From Spirochaetia bacterium (GTDB taxonomy: Bacteria; Spirochaetota; Spirochaetia; CADAEX01): a stretch of 64,000 nt of DNA. The translations under genes and the position numbers were made by a program. The number at the start of each line of letters is the position of its first letter. Positions within the stretch are counted from its first letter, which is position 1. The notes under the pieces were generated by a model. That model saw only the letters and a program-made list of their open reading frames with translations. It was not told the origin of the DNA and made no database searches. Below, one piece after another: positions 1 through 10,625 of this stretch. Location: positions 3,008,001 to 3,072,000 of the forward strand of contig OY759746.1 of assembly GCA_963662795.1 (NCBI GenBank), in the 5' to 3' direction.

Positions 1-830
1 TTTATTGAATCAGGTACACTGCCTTCAAATAATGCCAGAAATGATTCCCTGCAGCTTACTCCGTTATTGACCGGTATATCAGCTGTGTCATAATATTCGC
101 TTCCTTCTGTACTGCCGAACCATTTAACCGAAAAAGGGAGACTCTCTTCCGGCTTAAAGGAGAAACTGAAATTGTTTTTAAGATTATTACCTGAAAGATC
201 TTTCAGTGAATCTGATATTTCCACTTTATAATATCTGCCGGGCTGCAGATTTTCCACCGGTGTAAAACATGCTTCTTCCCCGGTGCTGCTGAAACTGATA
301 AACCCTTTTACATCAGGAGTAATGGAAAATGCAGAATAAAAGCTTTCCTCCTTTATTTTTTCAGAAAATACAACTGTAATTACAGGAGAGCTGCTTTCAA
401 TTATTTCATTGTCAGCCGGGGTGGTTGAGATGATACGCGGTTCATCTGTCTTTGCTGAAGTTGTAAACGTAAAAATAAACTTTTCTGACAGTGAATTCCC
501 GTATCTGTCTTCAGCGTTCCGGGATACTGATATTTCATAGCTGCTTTCAGGAGTAAAGCCGACGGTTGGAATAAAAATAAGGGAATTGCCTTTCCATGAA
601 AATCTTCCGGAAACCTTGCTGCCGTTTCTGGAAAGTGAAAAAGCATTTTCAGTTTTACTCTTCTCCATATCGCCTGAAAAATCAATAACAACTGCATCAA
701 TCTCATTTGCGCAGATAAAGTTTTCGGACGGAACTGTTCCGGTTACTGTTACCGCATTCATGTTGAGGTACTCATCAATCATGCTGCATCCTGATATGAT
801 AAAAAAAATAAGGAATACAGGTATTCTCAT
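1..830 (-). CDS. Ig-like (Big_5/SbsA-type) repeat lipoprotein, 3' end runs off the window (not in ORF track)
   Basis: Hand translation from ATG at 830: MRIPVFLIFFIISGC (lipobox), then repeats such as IDFSGDMEKSKTENAFSL...IFIPTVGF...YEISVSRNAEDRYGNSL and VVFSEKIKEESFYSAFSITP...FTPVENLQPGRYYKVEISDSLKDLSGNNL; open to position 1. Confidence 0.8.
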   Translation of the reverse strand, partial: MRIPVFLIFFIISGCSMIDEYLNMNAVTVTGTVPSENFICANEIDAVVIDFSGDMEKSKTENAFSLSRNGSKVSGRFSWKGNSLIFIPTVGFTPESSYEISVSRNAEDRYGNSLSEKFIFTFTTSAKTDEPRIISTTPADNEIIESSSPVITVVFSEKIKEESFYSAFSITPDVKGFISFSSTGEEACFTPVENLQPGRYYKVEISDSLKDLSGNNLKNNFSFSFKPEESLPFSVKWFGSTEGSEYYDTADIPVNNGVSCRESFLALFEGSVPDSI

Positions 831-840
831 TTTCCAGTCC

Positions 841-2286
841 CTATCTTGCCCTTAGAAGCTGTTTAATTTCTTTTTTCAAAAAACTGCCTTCATTATTGAT
901 AATTCCGGATTCACCTCCTTTAATTTTAAGCAGGTAATAATGAAATATATTTTCATCGCTGCTGTATGGGGTGAAGCCGATGTAATTAATAATCAGTCTG
1001 TAATCTGAAAACCATGAATATTTTGCCGGCCAGGGACTCCCTCCTGACGGCGGATAAATACAGGAAAGACTGATGTTGTTCTGCGCCGAAAACTTTGATT
1101 TATCATCAAAGAACGGCCTTGAAAAATTGAAAGTAAAGTAATAGGAGTAGGGCGAGCTTACTCCATATGGCTGTATATCGATGCATGTTCTTTCACTGAA
1201 AGATGAGACAGGAAAGCCGTCCTCTGCTCTTCCGTCGATTTCAGATAGCTTGAGTTCAGCAATATCAGGTGTAAATATCTCTTCATAATTTTCCCTTAAA
1301 TATATCCCTGCCTCTGATGCCGCTCCCTTTGATATAAATAACAGATATTCAGTCCCCTGTTTCCATCCTTTTTCAGGTATAAAAACAAGCGCAGCGCTTT
1401 CCGGCCAGAAATATCTCCCCGCAATATAAGGTGTAATAGCCAAAGCATTTTCAGTTGTTTCCGTATTCATTGGCTTTGAAAAAATTATTTTAAGTGCATC
1501 ACTGTATTTTAATGAATTTAAATCGCTGTTTAGTGAGGGGAACTGTGCGGCAAAATCACTGACAGCAGAATCTGTCGACAATATTTCAGGTATCTCATGA
1601 TCTTCATCCGTATAGAGTGTAAAACTGTATCCTTCAGCCAGCGGTATCTCTTCAGCATCCTTTATTTCGTCAGTGATATCAAAAGTATAGACTGTAAGAT
1701 TTTCCCATTTGTCATCCGGTATTATGCTTACTTCGTCCTTTTTCATACTCCATTCGGTGTTAAAACTGATTCCGGGAGAAATACTGAATCCTTTTTTAAA
1801 TGAAATATCATTCATCTCTTTTGTGAAAAGAATTCTTATTTTTTCTGATCCTGAAATTACTGACCCTCCCGGTGGACTTATTTCCCTGATTACCGGTATA
1901 TCAGCTGCTGCAGTTTCAAAATAGAAAGGCAGTAAGACATTGACAAGAGTTTTACCTCCGTTCCTGCGGAGTACACTTCCGTTAAATTCAAAGGTATATA
2001 TTCTTCCGCTTATAGGTTTTTTTTCAGGTGTGAAAATCAGCCTGCTGCTTTTCCAGCTTAAACTGCCTCCCACATTACCGCTGTAATCAGAAATACTGAA
2101 AAATGATTCAGCAGAGATTTTATCAGGAGCAAAGCCGAATTCTATAAAAATATCATCAGTCCGGGACAGTACCTGGTACCTGTTTGAAGGATTTGTTTTG
2201 AATTCAATATTTGGAGAGAGATCAATTATTTCGCATGCAGCTATCTGCATGCTGAACAGCAAAAGCAACATATAGCGGAGAATCAT
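841..2286 (-). CDS. Ig-like (Big_5/SbsA-type) repeat lipoprotein
   Basis: Lipobox IAAC; about 3 repeats of the type FSKPMN...ITP...W...VFIP...Y.L.I...G..L. Confidence 0.75.
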   Translation of the reverse strand: MILRYMLLLLFSMQIAACEIIDLSPNIEFKTNPSNRYQVLSRTDDIFIEFGFAPDKISAESFFSISDYSGNVGGSLSWKSSRLIFTPEKKPISGRIYTFEFNGSVLRRNGGKTLVNVLLPFYFETAAADIPVIREISPPGGSVISGSEKIRILFTKEMNDISFKKGFSISPGISFNTEWSMKKDEVSIIPDDKWENLTVYTFDITDEIKDAEEIPLAEGYSFTLYTDEDHEIPEILSTDSAVSDFAAQFPSLNSDLNSLKYSDALKIIFSKPMNTETTENALAITPYIAGRYFWPESAALVFIPEKGWKQGTEYLLFISKGAASEAGIYLRENYEEIFTPDIAELKLSEIDGRAEDGFPVSSFSERTCIDIQPYGVSSPYSYYFTFNFSRPFFDDKSKFSAQNNISLSCIYPPSGGSPWPAKYSWFSDYRLIINYIGFTPYSSDENIFHYYLLKIKGGESGIINNEGSFLKKEIKQLLRAR

Positions 2287-3641
2287 TTTGTAATCTCCAC
2301 CTTCATTCCGTCTGTCATCCGTTTATCCGGATCAAGGCATACAATTTCACCTGAGATGTCAGCTCCAGGGTCGTCAATATCTTCGCAATTACGGATAAAG
2401 GCCCTGTTATCCTGAACAAACGACACATCGATTTCTTTTTTAAACAGTGTATTATTTCTTACTATAAAAACAGAAGGAATATTTGTTTTTTCATCTTTTA
2501 ATAAAGCAGCTTCAGGTATGACTGTGTAGAATTTATTTTCACCAGTGCGGATGCTGACCTTTACAAAGCTTCCCGGGATGAGAAGGTTATTACTGTTATC
2601 CGCAAGTATTTTTATCTCCCTGCTTCTGCTGGAAGGATTAATGACAGGTGAAATCAGCTCAACTGTCCCTGTAATTGCAGCATAATCAGTTAAAGCAGAG
2701 GCCGGATTTCCCTTCCGGATTTCGAAGGATCTGAGCTCACCGATTTCAACCCGTAGATAGACTTTGCTGCTGTCGAAGATTGTGAATAGCCTTGTTCCGG
2801 GTTCTACTTTTTCGCCCCTGTCCATTTCTCTTTTTCCAATTATTCCTGAAATGGGAGAGAGTATTTCAGTCTCTTTAATCAATAAATCTATAATTGCAAG
2901 TTCGGCCAGAACAGCATTGAGATCAGATTCAGCGGCATTTCTCTCTGCCTTGAGAATTGAGGTATTAATTCTTTTAACTATTTCATTGCGCTTACCTGTC
3001 TCATGAGGAACGGGATAGCCTGCACTCAGGATATCAGAATCCCTGTATCCGCATTTTAAAATATCAAGATCGTTTTGTGCGCTTGCTGTTTCGTATGATG
3101 CATTTATAAAAGCCATTTTATAATTTTCCAGTTCTTCAGGAGAAAGTCCTCCGGCCTCATAAAGCTGCTTTTTGTTCGCATATATCCTTTCCATGTTGGC
3201 AAGTTCTGCATTTTTCTGGTCAAGATATGCTTCACCTGATTTTATTGCTATTATTTTTTGTTCTGCTTCAAGCAGGCCGGCTTTAAGTCTTTCATCAGCA
3301 AGTGATAAAAGTGATTTTTTGGATTCTACAGCAGCAGAGGCTTCCATCCTCTGAAGAAGCAGTTTTTCCTGTCTGAGTTTTGCAAGAATATCTCCTGTAT
3401 TTACTTTATCCCCTTCTTCAAAATAAATGTTTTCAATATACCCTTCCGCCGGGGGAAATACATCAGCTTTTGAATAATAGAGAACTGTGCCGAAACCGGA
3501 TACGGAAGGGGCTGTATTCTCTGTTTCTGTTTCTGCAGTCCGTATCTGTACCGGGTGATATTCTGACTCAGGCACGGTTTCTTTGCAGGCTGTGATTACA
3601 GGAGAAAACAATAACAATAATTTTATTATATTAAATAACAT
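2283..3641 (-). CDS. Membrane fusion / periplasmic adaptor protein (HlyD/RND-MFP family), predicted lipoprotein
   Basis: Lipoyl half-motifs GYIENIYFEEGDKVNTGDILAKL and ILSPISGII; long alpha-hairpin; ISPVINPSSRS and LIPGSFVKV; lipobox ITAC. Confidence 0.85.
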   Translation of the reverse strand: MLFNIIKLLLLFSPVITACKETVPESEYHPVQIRTAETETENTAPSVSGFGTVLYYSKADVFPPAEGYIENIYFEEGDKVNTGDILAKLRQEKLLLQRMEASAAVESKKSLLSLADERLKAGLLEAEQKIIAIKSGEAYLDQKNAELANMERIYANKKQLYEAGGLSPEELENYKMAFINASYETASAQNDLDILKCGYRDSDILSAGYPVPHETGKRNEIVKRINTSILKAERNAAESDLNAVLAELAIIDLLIKETEILSPISGIIGKREMDRGEKVEPGTRLFTIFDSSKVYLRVEIGELRSFEIRKGNPASALTDYAAITGTVELISPVINPSSRSREIKILADNSNNLLIPGSFVKVSIRTGENKFYTVIPEAALLKDEKTNIPSVFIVRNNTLFKKEIDVSFVQDNRAFIRNCEDIDDPGADISGEIVCLDPDKRMTDGMKVEITK

Positions 3642-3667
3642 GCAATCACCTGTACTGACGCTCTAAA

Positions 3668-5056
3668 TCATTTAATAAGAAATCCAGCCGTATCTTTGAT
3701 GTTAATAATGCCGCATAACCTTAACAGCCTGATTTCCTTTCTGTATAATTCGGAAACCGAATCAAGCAGCCTGATTTTTTCTTTTACAAGTGCAATACCA
3801 TTTTCAATAAAATCAATTCTTTTAATTTCTCCAAGCGCAAGCTGAAGTTTTTCAATTTCCTCTTTTCTTTCAGATACTTTCAGTTTCCTTCTTAATAAAC
3901 CAAGTTCTTTAACACCTGATTCAATTTCAATAAAAAGTTTCCTTATTTCAAATTCATTATTCAAAAGAAATGAGCTTAATTCATATTCCCTTCTTTTCAA
4001 TGCAGCTTCGGCACCTTCTTTAAGGTAATAGTTTTCAAGTCCTCCAAACGGCGAGGTTTCCGCTGTTAAACTCCTTGATCTTTCATTAATATTCTCACTT
4101 CCTGCAGACCCTGTTATTGATAAGGGGATTCCGGGATAATTGAAACTTAATGATAATGAAATGGAAAAACCTTTCTCCGTCAGAGGGAAGTCCTCTCCCG
4201 CTATAAAAAATGAACCTGCTGCCGATACTTCAGGAAATTTATTTGATGCAAGCCGGTATTCATTTTTTGCTTTTTCAAGAGAAAGCACCAATTCTTTGAT
4301 TGTACTGCTGTTCCCGGCTGAATTTCCTATATAATAATCAATGCATTGATGAAGGAATCCGTTATAATCAGGATTGATACTTCCTGCCAATACAGGGGTA
4401 AGCCCTGACGGCAGCTCAAGAAGACGGGAGAAGACAAAAATTATTCTTTTTTCTTCGAGATAAAGATTCTGAATGTCCTCCTCCATTCCGGTAACAGCGA
4501 TTTCCATTTCAAGAAGATCAACTTCTGTAATTTCACCAAGCTCCTTCTCTTTTTCTGCTATTTTCAGTTGCAGATAAGCGCTTTCAACCGCATCCCTGCT
4601 GATATCTATCTCAATTTTTATTCTCAGAATATCAACATATGAGCTGATCAGCTCAAAAATGAAATCTTCAAGCTGCTGGGTAATTTTAAATTTCCCCAGA
4701 GCAGTTTCTTTCTTCATTATTTTAATAGCTGATGAGAGTAATCCTTTTTCATAAATTCTCTGTTTGAGACCTGCGGATATTTTCTTTTCCCTTGAATCCG
4801 GATTCCAGTATGATACTGATGTATATTCTGAATAGCCCAGATTTATTTCAGGGAGAAAATTCCTGTACATTAGTTTCAGATTTTTTTCCGCAACTGATAT
4901 CTCTTTACCTGTTAAAATAAATTCCCTGTTGTTTTTTAAAGCTGTATCTATTGCCTTGTTTATATCAAAAGAAACTGTTTCTCCGTCAGCAAAAAGAAAT
5001 AAGCATGCTGACTTCAGTAAAATCATAAAAGCCGGAATACAGGTTTGTCTTTTCAT
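3668..5056 (-). CDS. TolC-family outer membrane efflux/secretion channel
   Basis: Signal peptide, AIDTALKNN, FLPEINL, ELGEITEVDLLE and a second repeat LGEIKRIDF; adjacent to an MFP. Confidence 0.8.
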   Translation of the reverse strand: MKRQTCIPAFMILLKSACLFLFADGETVSFDINKAIDTALKNNREFILTGKEISVAEKNLKLMYRNFLPEINLGYSEYTSVSYWNPDSREKKISAGLKQRIYEKGLLSSAIKIMKKETALGKFKITQQLEDFIFELISSYVDILRIKIEIDISRDAVESAYLQLKIAEKEKELGEITEVDLLEMEIAVTGMEEDIQNLYLEEKRIIFVFSRLLELPSGLTPVLAGSINPDYNGFLHQCIDYYIGNSAGNSSTIKELVLSLEKAKNEYRLASNKFPEVSAAGSFFIAGEDFPLTEKGFSISLSLSFNYPGIPLSITGSAGSENINERSRSLTAETSPFGGLENYYLKEGAEAALKRREYELSSFLLNNEFEIRKLFIEIESGVKELGLLRRKLKVSERKEEIEKLQLALGEIKRIDFIENGIALVKEKIRLLDSVSELYRKEIRLLRLCGIINIKDTAGFLIK

Positions 5057-5068
5057 ATTTAATGATTT

Positions 5069-5581
5069 TTATAATCCTGTTTGCCTGATCCCCTTTTTCA
5101 GGATTCTGTAAAGATATAAATTGGATGATATTGTATTTGCACTTTCTTCTGTAACAAATACTGCCTTAAGCACTCTTTTTCTCTCTTTTGTGTAGATTAC
5201 TATTTCAAGTGTTACAGTATTCAGGGCATCAAACCCCTTAAGGAAAGAATCTTCCTTGAGAACAACATCAGCAGGGTACCTTTCCTCTTTTATCCCTGCC
5301 TGCGCGTTTATGTTTTTTTCTGCCAGCAGAAATTCAAGAATATATTCACAATTATTTTTTACCGATTCGCTGCCGATTACTTTTCTTACTGTAATATTTT
5401 CAACTCTGATACCGCTTTTTCTCATAACAGCTTCCTCGGAGGGGCTTGTTCCATCCTCACTGACAAATAATACACTTTCCTCTATTGCGTGTTCAAAAAC
5501 AGCGCAGGAAGCAATAATGCCTGCCAAAGTAATTACCAGGATAAACATAAAGTTTTTTACTTTTCTAACGCATTTGCTCAT
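5069..5581 (-). CDS. Hypothetical lipoprotein (start uncertain: 5620, 5581 or 5548)
   Basis: Hydrophobic segment ending IIASC; operon position. Confidence 0.55.
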   Translation of the reverse strand: MSKCVRKVKNFMFILVITLAGIIASCAVFEHAIEESVLFVSEDGTSPSEEAVMRKSGIRVENITVRKVIGSESVKNNCEYILEFLLAEKNINAQAGIKEERYPADVVLKEDSFLKGFDALNTVTLEIVIYTKERKRVLKAVFVTEESANTISSNLYLYRILKKGIRQTGL

Positions 5582-6245
5582 AAACTGCCCTGACCGAATT
5601 ATAAAGTTCATGATCTTCACCCAGTATGTTTAATGCCTTTTCCAGTTCATCTGCCGCCTTATCCCTGATGGAAAAAGATGCGTAAATTTCAGCGAGATCA
5701 AGGTGAGCCTCCGCTATTTCATCCTCGATTAAAAAGGATTTTTTGTAGTATTCCATTGCCTCAGGATAATTGTGATTCTCTTTCATTATTTGCCCGTTGA
5801 GTATCAGCAGTGAAGTATCTTCCGGTGAATCTTCAAAAAGCACATTGAGAAGAGCTTCTGCTTTATTCAAATCTCCTTTTGCCATATAAGTCCTGCAGAG
5901 CCATTTCCCGTAATTTATGTTATGCGGTTTGTTTTCATAAGCTTTAAGAAAATATTTTTCTGATTCTGACGGATTTTCGGTAAAAAAATGGATCCGTCCT
6001 GCTAGTTCAAGAGCAGGGGTAAACAGGGGCGCTTTTTTTTCTATTGTACATAGAATCTCAAGAGCTGTTTTTGAGTCGCCTTTAATGTAACAGTTTTTTG
6101 CTTTCTGATAATTTTGTATGGCTTCACTGTTTATTTGCGAAGTTGTACCTGCGGATTTCCCGGGTGCGAAATCCGCTTGCCTTAAGCAGCAGGAACTCAG
6201 AAGCATAAAAACCAAAACCCGGTATAATGCTTTTTTCAGATTCAT
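5565..6245 (-). CDS. Tetratricopeptide-repeat lipoprotein
   Basis: Lipobox-like LSSC; TPR patterns (ALELAGRIHF, AEAHLDLAEIY, AADELEKAL). Confidence 0.75.
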   Translation of the reverse strand: MNLKKALYRVLVFMLLSSCCLRQADFAPGKSAGTTSQINSEAIQNYQKAKNCYIKGDSKTALEILCTIEKKAPLFTPALELAGRIHFFTENPSESEKYFLKAYENKPHNINYGKWLCRTYMAKGDLNKAEALLNVLFEDSPEDTSLLILNGQIMKENHNYPEAMEYYKKSFLIEDEIAEAHLDLAEIYASFSIRDKAADELEKALNILGEDHELYNSVRAVYEQMR

Positions 6246-6339
6246 AAAAGTAATAACAGACGATCTGTCAGGTCTGATTTAAGTAAAGCTATTAATTAAT
6301 TCAAATCAATAAAGTTTTTTCTGCAGTTTTGAGGTGAAT

Positions 6340-6368
6340 AAAAAAACCGGCTCCATGGCGGAGCCGGA
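6340..6368 (-). terminator. Intrinsic terminator after fadD
   Basis: CCGGCTCC/GGAGCCGG stem followed by a T7 run on the minus strand. Confidence 0.75.
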
Positions 6369-6414
6369 AATAATACATTATTGTTAAAAATTGTGCAGAC
6401 TGTCTGTTAAAGCC

Positions 6415-8313
6415 TTACCTGAAAAGTTCCTTAATCTGCTTTGCATACATTTCGTTTATAACCGACCGCCTGAGTTTTAATGTCTGAGTCAGCTCTTTTC
6501 CTACTTCAAACGGCTTGCTTAACAGTTTGAATCTGAAAATTTTTTCAAAATGCTTAAAGCCGTTTTTAACATTTATCTTTTCTTTGAGTTCCTGTTCGAT
6601 AAGATTGTTAATCTCGGGATTGGACATGAGGTCATCCTTATCCATGTATGGGATTTCAAGCTCAGCTGCTTTTTGCTCCATAAGTTCAAAGTTCGGCACT
6701 ATTAGGGCTGCTATATATTTCTTGTCCTGACCAAGAACAATTATTTGATCGATGTAGTCTGACTCAAGGCATTTATCCTCGATAGGCAGAGGTTCGATGT
6801 TTTCTCCCCCCATCAGTACTATTGTCTCTTTTGCACGTCCGATTATTTTAACTTCGCGATTAATTGTCGCAATTACAATGTCTCCGGTATTAAGCCATCC
6901 GTCTTTAAGGACTTTCAGTGTTTCCTCTTCATTGTTATAGTAACCTTTCATTACCTGATCGCTCTTTACATAAAGGATTCCCTTTTTCCCGTGTGAGACA
7001 GATTCCATATTCTTGTCAACAACCTTGAACTCAACATCAGGCAGGAGCGGGCCTACAGTGCCGTGAACAGTTTTCTTCTGTGTGCAGACTGAGAGTACGG
7101 GCCCTGTTTCAGTAAGGCCGTAGCCCTCATTTACTTTTATCCCCATAGCGTTAAAAAAACGTCTGACGTGAGGGGGAAGGGCTCCGCCGCCTGAGATACC
7201 AAGAATAAGCCTTCCTCCGAAAAGTTTTGTAATTTTTGAGAAAACAAGAACACCGCCCAGCAGCTTAAACGGCAGCAGAAGTATAAGAGGAATCACTGAA
7301 ACAGCTATGTCAAAGAGCCTGCACCGTTTCCTGAACTGAGGAAGAGTACCGGAAAACCTTGCGAGAAAATCATTATAAAGCTTTGCTGCTTCGAGGAAAA
7401 AGAAGAACAATGCTCTCTTGATCTTTTTCCCTGCCTTGAGTTTTCTTAAAATTGCCGCTCTTACCCCTTCCCATATTCGCGGAACAGATACAATCCATTC
7501 CGGTTTTATTAAAGCCATATCCGCAATCAGAACTGAACCTATAGGCTGGGAGTAGGCCAGCGCTCCACCTGCATCAAGGAAAATATATTCGCAGGTCCTT
7601 TCAAATGAATGCCATACCGGAAGGATGCTCATCATGATGTCTGAGGGTTTTATCTGTATATATTTTCCGTTTATCCTGTCAAGCTGGAAGATGAAGTTTC
7701 GGTGAGTGAGCATGACTCCTTTTGGTTTCCCGGTTGTCCCTGATGTATAAATTATTGTCGCAAGATCATCAGGGTTTCCCTTGTCAATCTCCCTGTTGAA
7801 AATCTCTTTGTCCGAATCAAGCATTTTCCTGCCTGCAGCAGCAACTGCCTTAAAAGAAAGAATTTCTATCTTGTCTTTTTTATCATCACTTATTTTACTT
7901 TCATCGCTGTCTAAAAGAATGATTTTTTCAAGAACCGGAAGGGTCTCCCTGTGTTCAAGTATCTTGAGGGCCTGTTCCTGGTTTTCCGCTATCACAATCC
8001 TGCAGTCTGCGTGTTTTAATATAAATGAGATTTCCAAAGCAGTTGAATCTGAACCTCTTGGAACATCCGCTGCTCCGAGGCCCATAAGGGCAAGGTCCGA
8101 GATAATCCACTCCCTTCTGTTGTCAGAAATAATACCTATATGATCGCCTCTCTTTACTCCGGCCTGGATAAATCCTGCTCCTGCAGCTTCAATCTCCCTG
8201 TAAAAATCGACGTGTTTTGTGACCTGAAATACTCCGCTGCTGTCTTTGGAATAAAGGGCAGGTATATCTGAATATTTCCTGCTGACCTCTTTCAACCGTT
8301 TTGTTAATGTCAT
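6415..8313 (-). CDS. fadD: Long-chain fatty acid-CoA ligase (AMP-binding)
   Basis: IIYTSGTTGKPKGVMLTH, GYGLTET, GWLNTGD, GRAKE; start moved to ATG 8313, just after the fabZ stop. Confidence 0.9.
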   Translation of the reverse strand: MTLTKRLKEVSRKYSDIPALYSKDSSGVFQVTKHVDFYREIEAAGAGFIQAGVKRGDHIGIISDNRREWIISDLALMGLGAADVPRGSDSTALEISFILKHADCRIVIAENQEQALKILEHRETLPVLEKIILLDSDESKISDDKKDKIEILSFKAVAAAGRKMLDSDKEIFNREIDKGNPDDLATIIYTSGTTGKPKGVMLTHRNFIFQLDRINGKYIQIKPSDIMMSILPVWHSFERTCEYIFLDAGGALAYSQPIGSVLIADMALIKPEWIVSVPRIWEGVRAAILRKLKAGKKIKRALFFFFLEAAKLYNDFLARFSGTLPQFRKRCRLFDIAVSVIPLILLLPFKLLGGVLVFSKITKLFGGRLILGISGGGALPPHVRRFFNAMGIKVNEGYGLTETGPVLSVCTQKKTVHGTVGPLLPDVEFKVVDKNMESVSHGKKGILYVKSDQVMKGYYNNEEETLKVLKDGWLNTGDIVIATINREVKIIGRAKETIVLMGGENIEPLPIEDKCLESDYIDQIIVLGQDKKYIAALIVPNFELMEQKAAELEIPYMDKDDLMSNPEINNLIEQELKEKINVKNGFKHFEKIFRFKLLSKPFEVGKELTQTLKLRRSVINEMYAKQIKELFR

Positions 8314-8314
8314 T

Positions 8315-8737
8315 TTATACCCCTTTTGCCTGTACAAGGCATAGCCATTCTGCTTCTGCCGCAAGCTCATCGCCTATGTATGCTTTCCCAGACTGTTTAA
8401 TCATTGCCTTGGATATCCTGATATTTGTAATAACAAGTTTGACTTTGTCTCCGGGTTTTACCTGTCTGCGGAATTTTGCTTTATCAACAGTAGCCAGGAA
8501 AAAGAGTGATTCGCCCAGGAGCCCGCTTAATGATATTCCGGCCCCTCCTGCCTGTGCCATTGTTTCAACAAGTATTACACCCGGTACAACAGGATACTCC
8601 GGAAAATGGCCTTTAAAGAAAAATTCCTTATCTGTGTATGTTCTGTATGCAATGATTTCTTTCTCATCTGATTTTTCAATAAAATCTACAAACAGAAAAG
8701 GATCCCTGTGGGGCAGCAGCTCTTTGATATCTTTCAT
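8315..8737 (-). CDS. fabZ: 3-hydroxyacyl-ACP dehydratase
   Basis: LLPHRDPFLFVD, FFKGHFPEYPVVPGVILVETMAQ, FRRQVKPGD. Confidence 0.95.
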   Translation of the reverse strand: MKDIKELLPHRDPFLFVDFIEKSDEKEIIAYRTYTDKEFFFKGHFPEYPVVPGVILVETMAQAGGAGISLSGLLGESLFFLATVDKAKFRRQVKPGDKVKLVITNIRISKAMIKQSGKAYIGDELAAEAEWLCLVQAKGV

Positions 8738-8821
8738 AACGCAGTACACTCCTGATTTTTATGGTTTAGATTAAAAAATTAACGATATTATAACATTTGA
8801 ATAAGCAAAACAAGTAGTAAT

Positions 8822-10576
8822 TTAATCGGTATTTGAAATTTTTCTGACAAGCAGGGCTTTTGTAATAATTTCAGGGAAGAAATAAGGTTCAGTATCTGCA
8901 TCACCGGGAGGATAGTATGCATATACAGGAACGCCGGCTTTCCCGTTTTCCTTCATCCAGTCTCCAATGTCAGGATCTCCGTTTGTAAAATCTCCTTTAA
9001 GCAATGTGATTTCATTTTCCAGAAAAAGTGAAATAATTTCATCAGAACTTAAAACAAAACGTTCATTTATTTTGCAGGTAGTGCACCAGTCTGCGTATAT
9101 GTCTACAAATACGCCCCTTTTTTCATTGATCAGGGAATTCAGAATATCCTGTGAAAAAGGTTTTATATAGGCATTCACGCCGGTTTCATCGCTGTATTGT
9201 TCACCCGATATCCGGAGGGTATTAGCAGATGTTTTGCTGAAATCAACAAGAAAAAACCACCCGGCAGCAATAATTGCTGCAGAAAGGAGAAGGGCGGCGG
9301 CTGTTCTTTTTGCAGATGCACCGGGTAAGGCGGTTTTTCCATAAAGCCATGCGGCAAAGGACGCGGCGAGAAAGAAAAAGAGTATATTTACTCCTGTCTC
9401 AGGAGGTCTACCCTTTAAAATTCCTGATACAAGATAGACTGAAGTGCCGGCAAGAATAAAACCGAGAAGCTCCTTGAATATTGAACTCCATCTGCCTGGT
9501 TTTGGGAGTTTTTTTATTAATTTGTGATTAAAGCCGAGGATTATAAACGGCAGGGAAAATCCTGCACCTATAAAGATGAAAAACAAAAGAATTATTAAAC
9601 TGTTTTGGGAAAGGGCAAAGGCAATCGCAGGACCGAGGAAAGGGGCAGTACATGGAGCTGCGACAAGAACCGCAAAGATTCCTGTAAGGAAATGTCCTCC
9701 ATAACCTTTTACGGCTGATGTTTTTCCCGCTGTATTACCACCGGGAAGCGTAACCGTAAATACATCAAACATGGAGAGTGCAAAAATAAATATTACAGCA
9801 GATAAGGCCATAACAAACCAGGGGTTTTGCATCTGGAAACCCCATCCCGCAAATCTTCCCGCGCTTCTTAGTATAATCAGAAAAACCGCAAGGATAAGCA
9901 GGGATAAGACAATCCCTGACGCATAGCTTAGAGAGGAAAGGAGTATTTTCCTTTTGTTCTCCTCTGCCTGTTTGACTAGCGAGAGCGCTTTTATGGAAAG
10001 CAGCGGAAATACGCAGGGCATTACATTAAGAAGAAGCCCTCCCGTAAAAGCAAACAATATGTAGTAAAGAATCGATGAAAATGAAATATTACCGTTATCG
10101 GACACATTAGCATTAACTGCTTTAAGTGTTACATTGATCTCTTCCTCAGAGCTGCCGGGCAGATAACATGTCCCGCTCTCATCGCATAGCTGGTATCCTG
10201 CCTTTATTCTTATATTATATTCTCCGGGCGGAACCTTTTCCCTGTCAATGGACAGTGTGATAATGGCTTTATCATAATAATTGACTAAATCACCTGATTT
10301 TTTCCCTTCAGGATATGTAATTTTAAAGTCTGTAAATATTTCAGGTCCGGTTATATCAGCCCTGAAAAAGCCGGGATTGTGGGTCTGATGATAACCTTCG
10401 GGGAATTTATAGAGAATTTTTATTTTAAAAAAATTTTCAGCAGTACTTTTTTCATCAGCCGTTACTGTTACTTCAGGCGAAGGGACCTCAGGCAAAAAAG
10501 CACTTGCCGCAGAAATCGTGAAAAAAGTAAAAAGAAAAATCAGTATAAAAGTTTTCCTGATTATGCTCAGTTCCAT
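8822..10576 (-). CDS. dsbD: Protein-disulfide reductase DsbD family
   Basis: N-terminal CDESGTC, transmembrane cysteines PCVFP and PCTAP, C-terminal thioredoxin WCTTCK. Confidence 0.9.
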   Translation of the reverse strand: MELSIIRKTFILIFLFTFFTISAASAFLPEVPSPEVTVTADEKSTAENFFKIKILYKFPEGYHQTHNPGFFRADITGPEIFTDFKITYPEGKKSGDLVNYYDKAIITLSIDREKVPPGEYNIRIKAGYQLCDESGTCYLPGSSEEEINVTLKAVNANVSDNGNISFSSILYYILFAFTGGLLLNVMPCVFPLLSIKALSLVKQAEENKRKILLSSLSYASGIVLSLLILAVFLIILRSAGRFAGWGFQMQNPWFVMALSAVIFIFALSMFDVFTVTLPGGNTAGKTSAVKGYGGHFLTGIFAVLVAAPCTAPFLGPAIAFALSQNSLIILLFFIFIGAGFSLPFIILGFNHKLIKKLPKPGRWSSIFKELLGFILAGTSVYLVSGILKGRPPETGVNILFFFLAASFAAWLYGKTALPGASAKRTAAALLLSAAIIAAGWFFLVDFSKTSANTLRISGEQYSDETGVNAYIKPFSQDILNSLINEKRGVFVDIYADWCTTCKINERFVLSSDEIISLFLENEITLLKGDFTNGDPDIGDWMKENGKAGVPVYAYYPPGDADTEPYFFPEIITKALLVRKISNTD

Positions 10577-10625
10577 CAGTTTATAACCCCTTTCCACTGC
10601 TGACTTATTCCTGAATAAATGCAGA

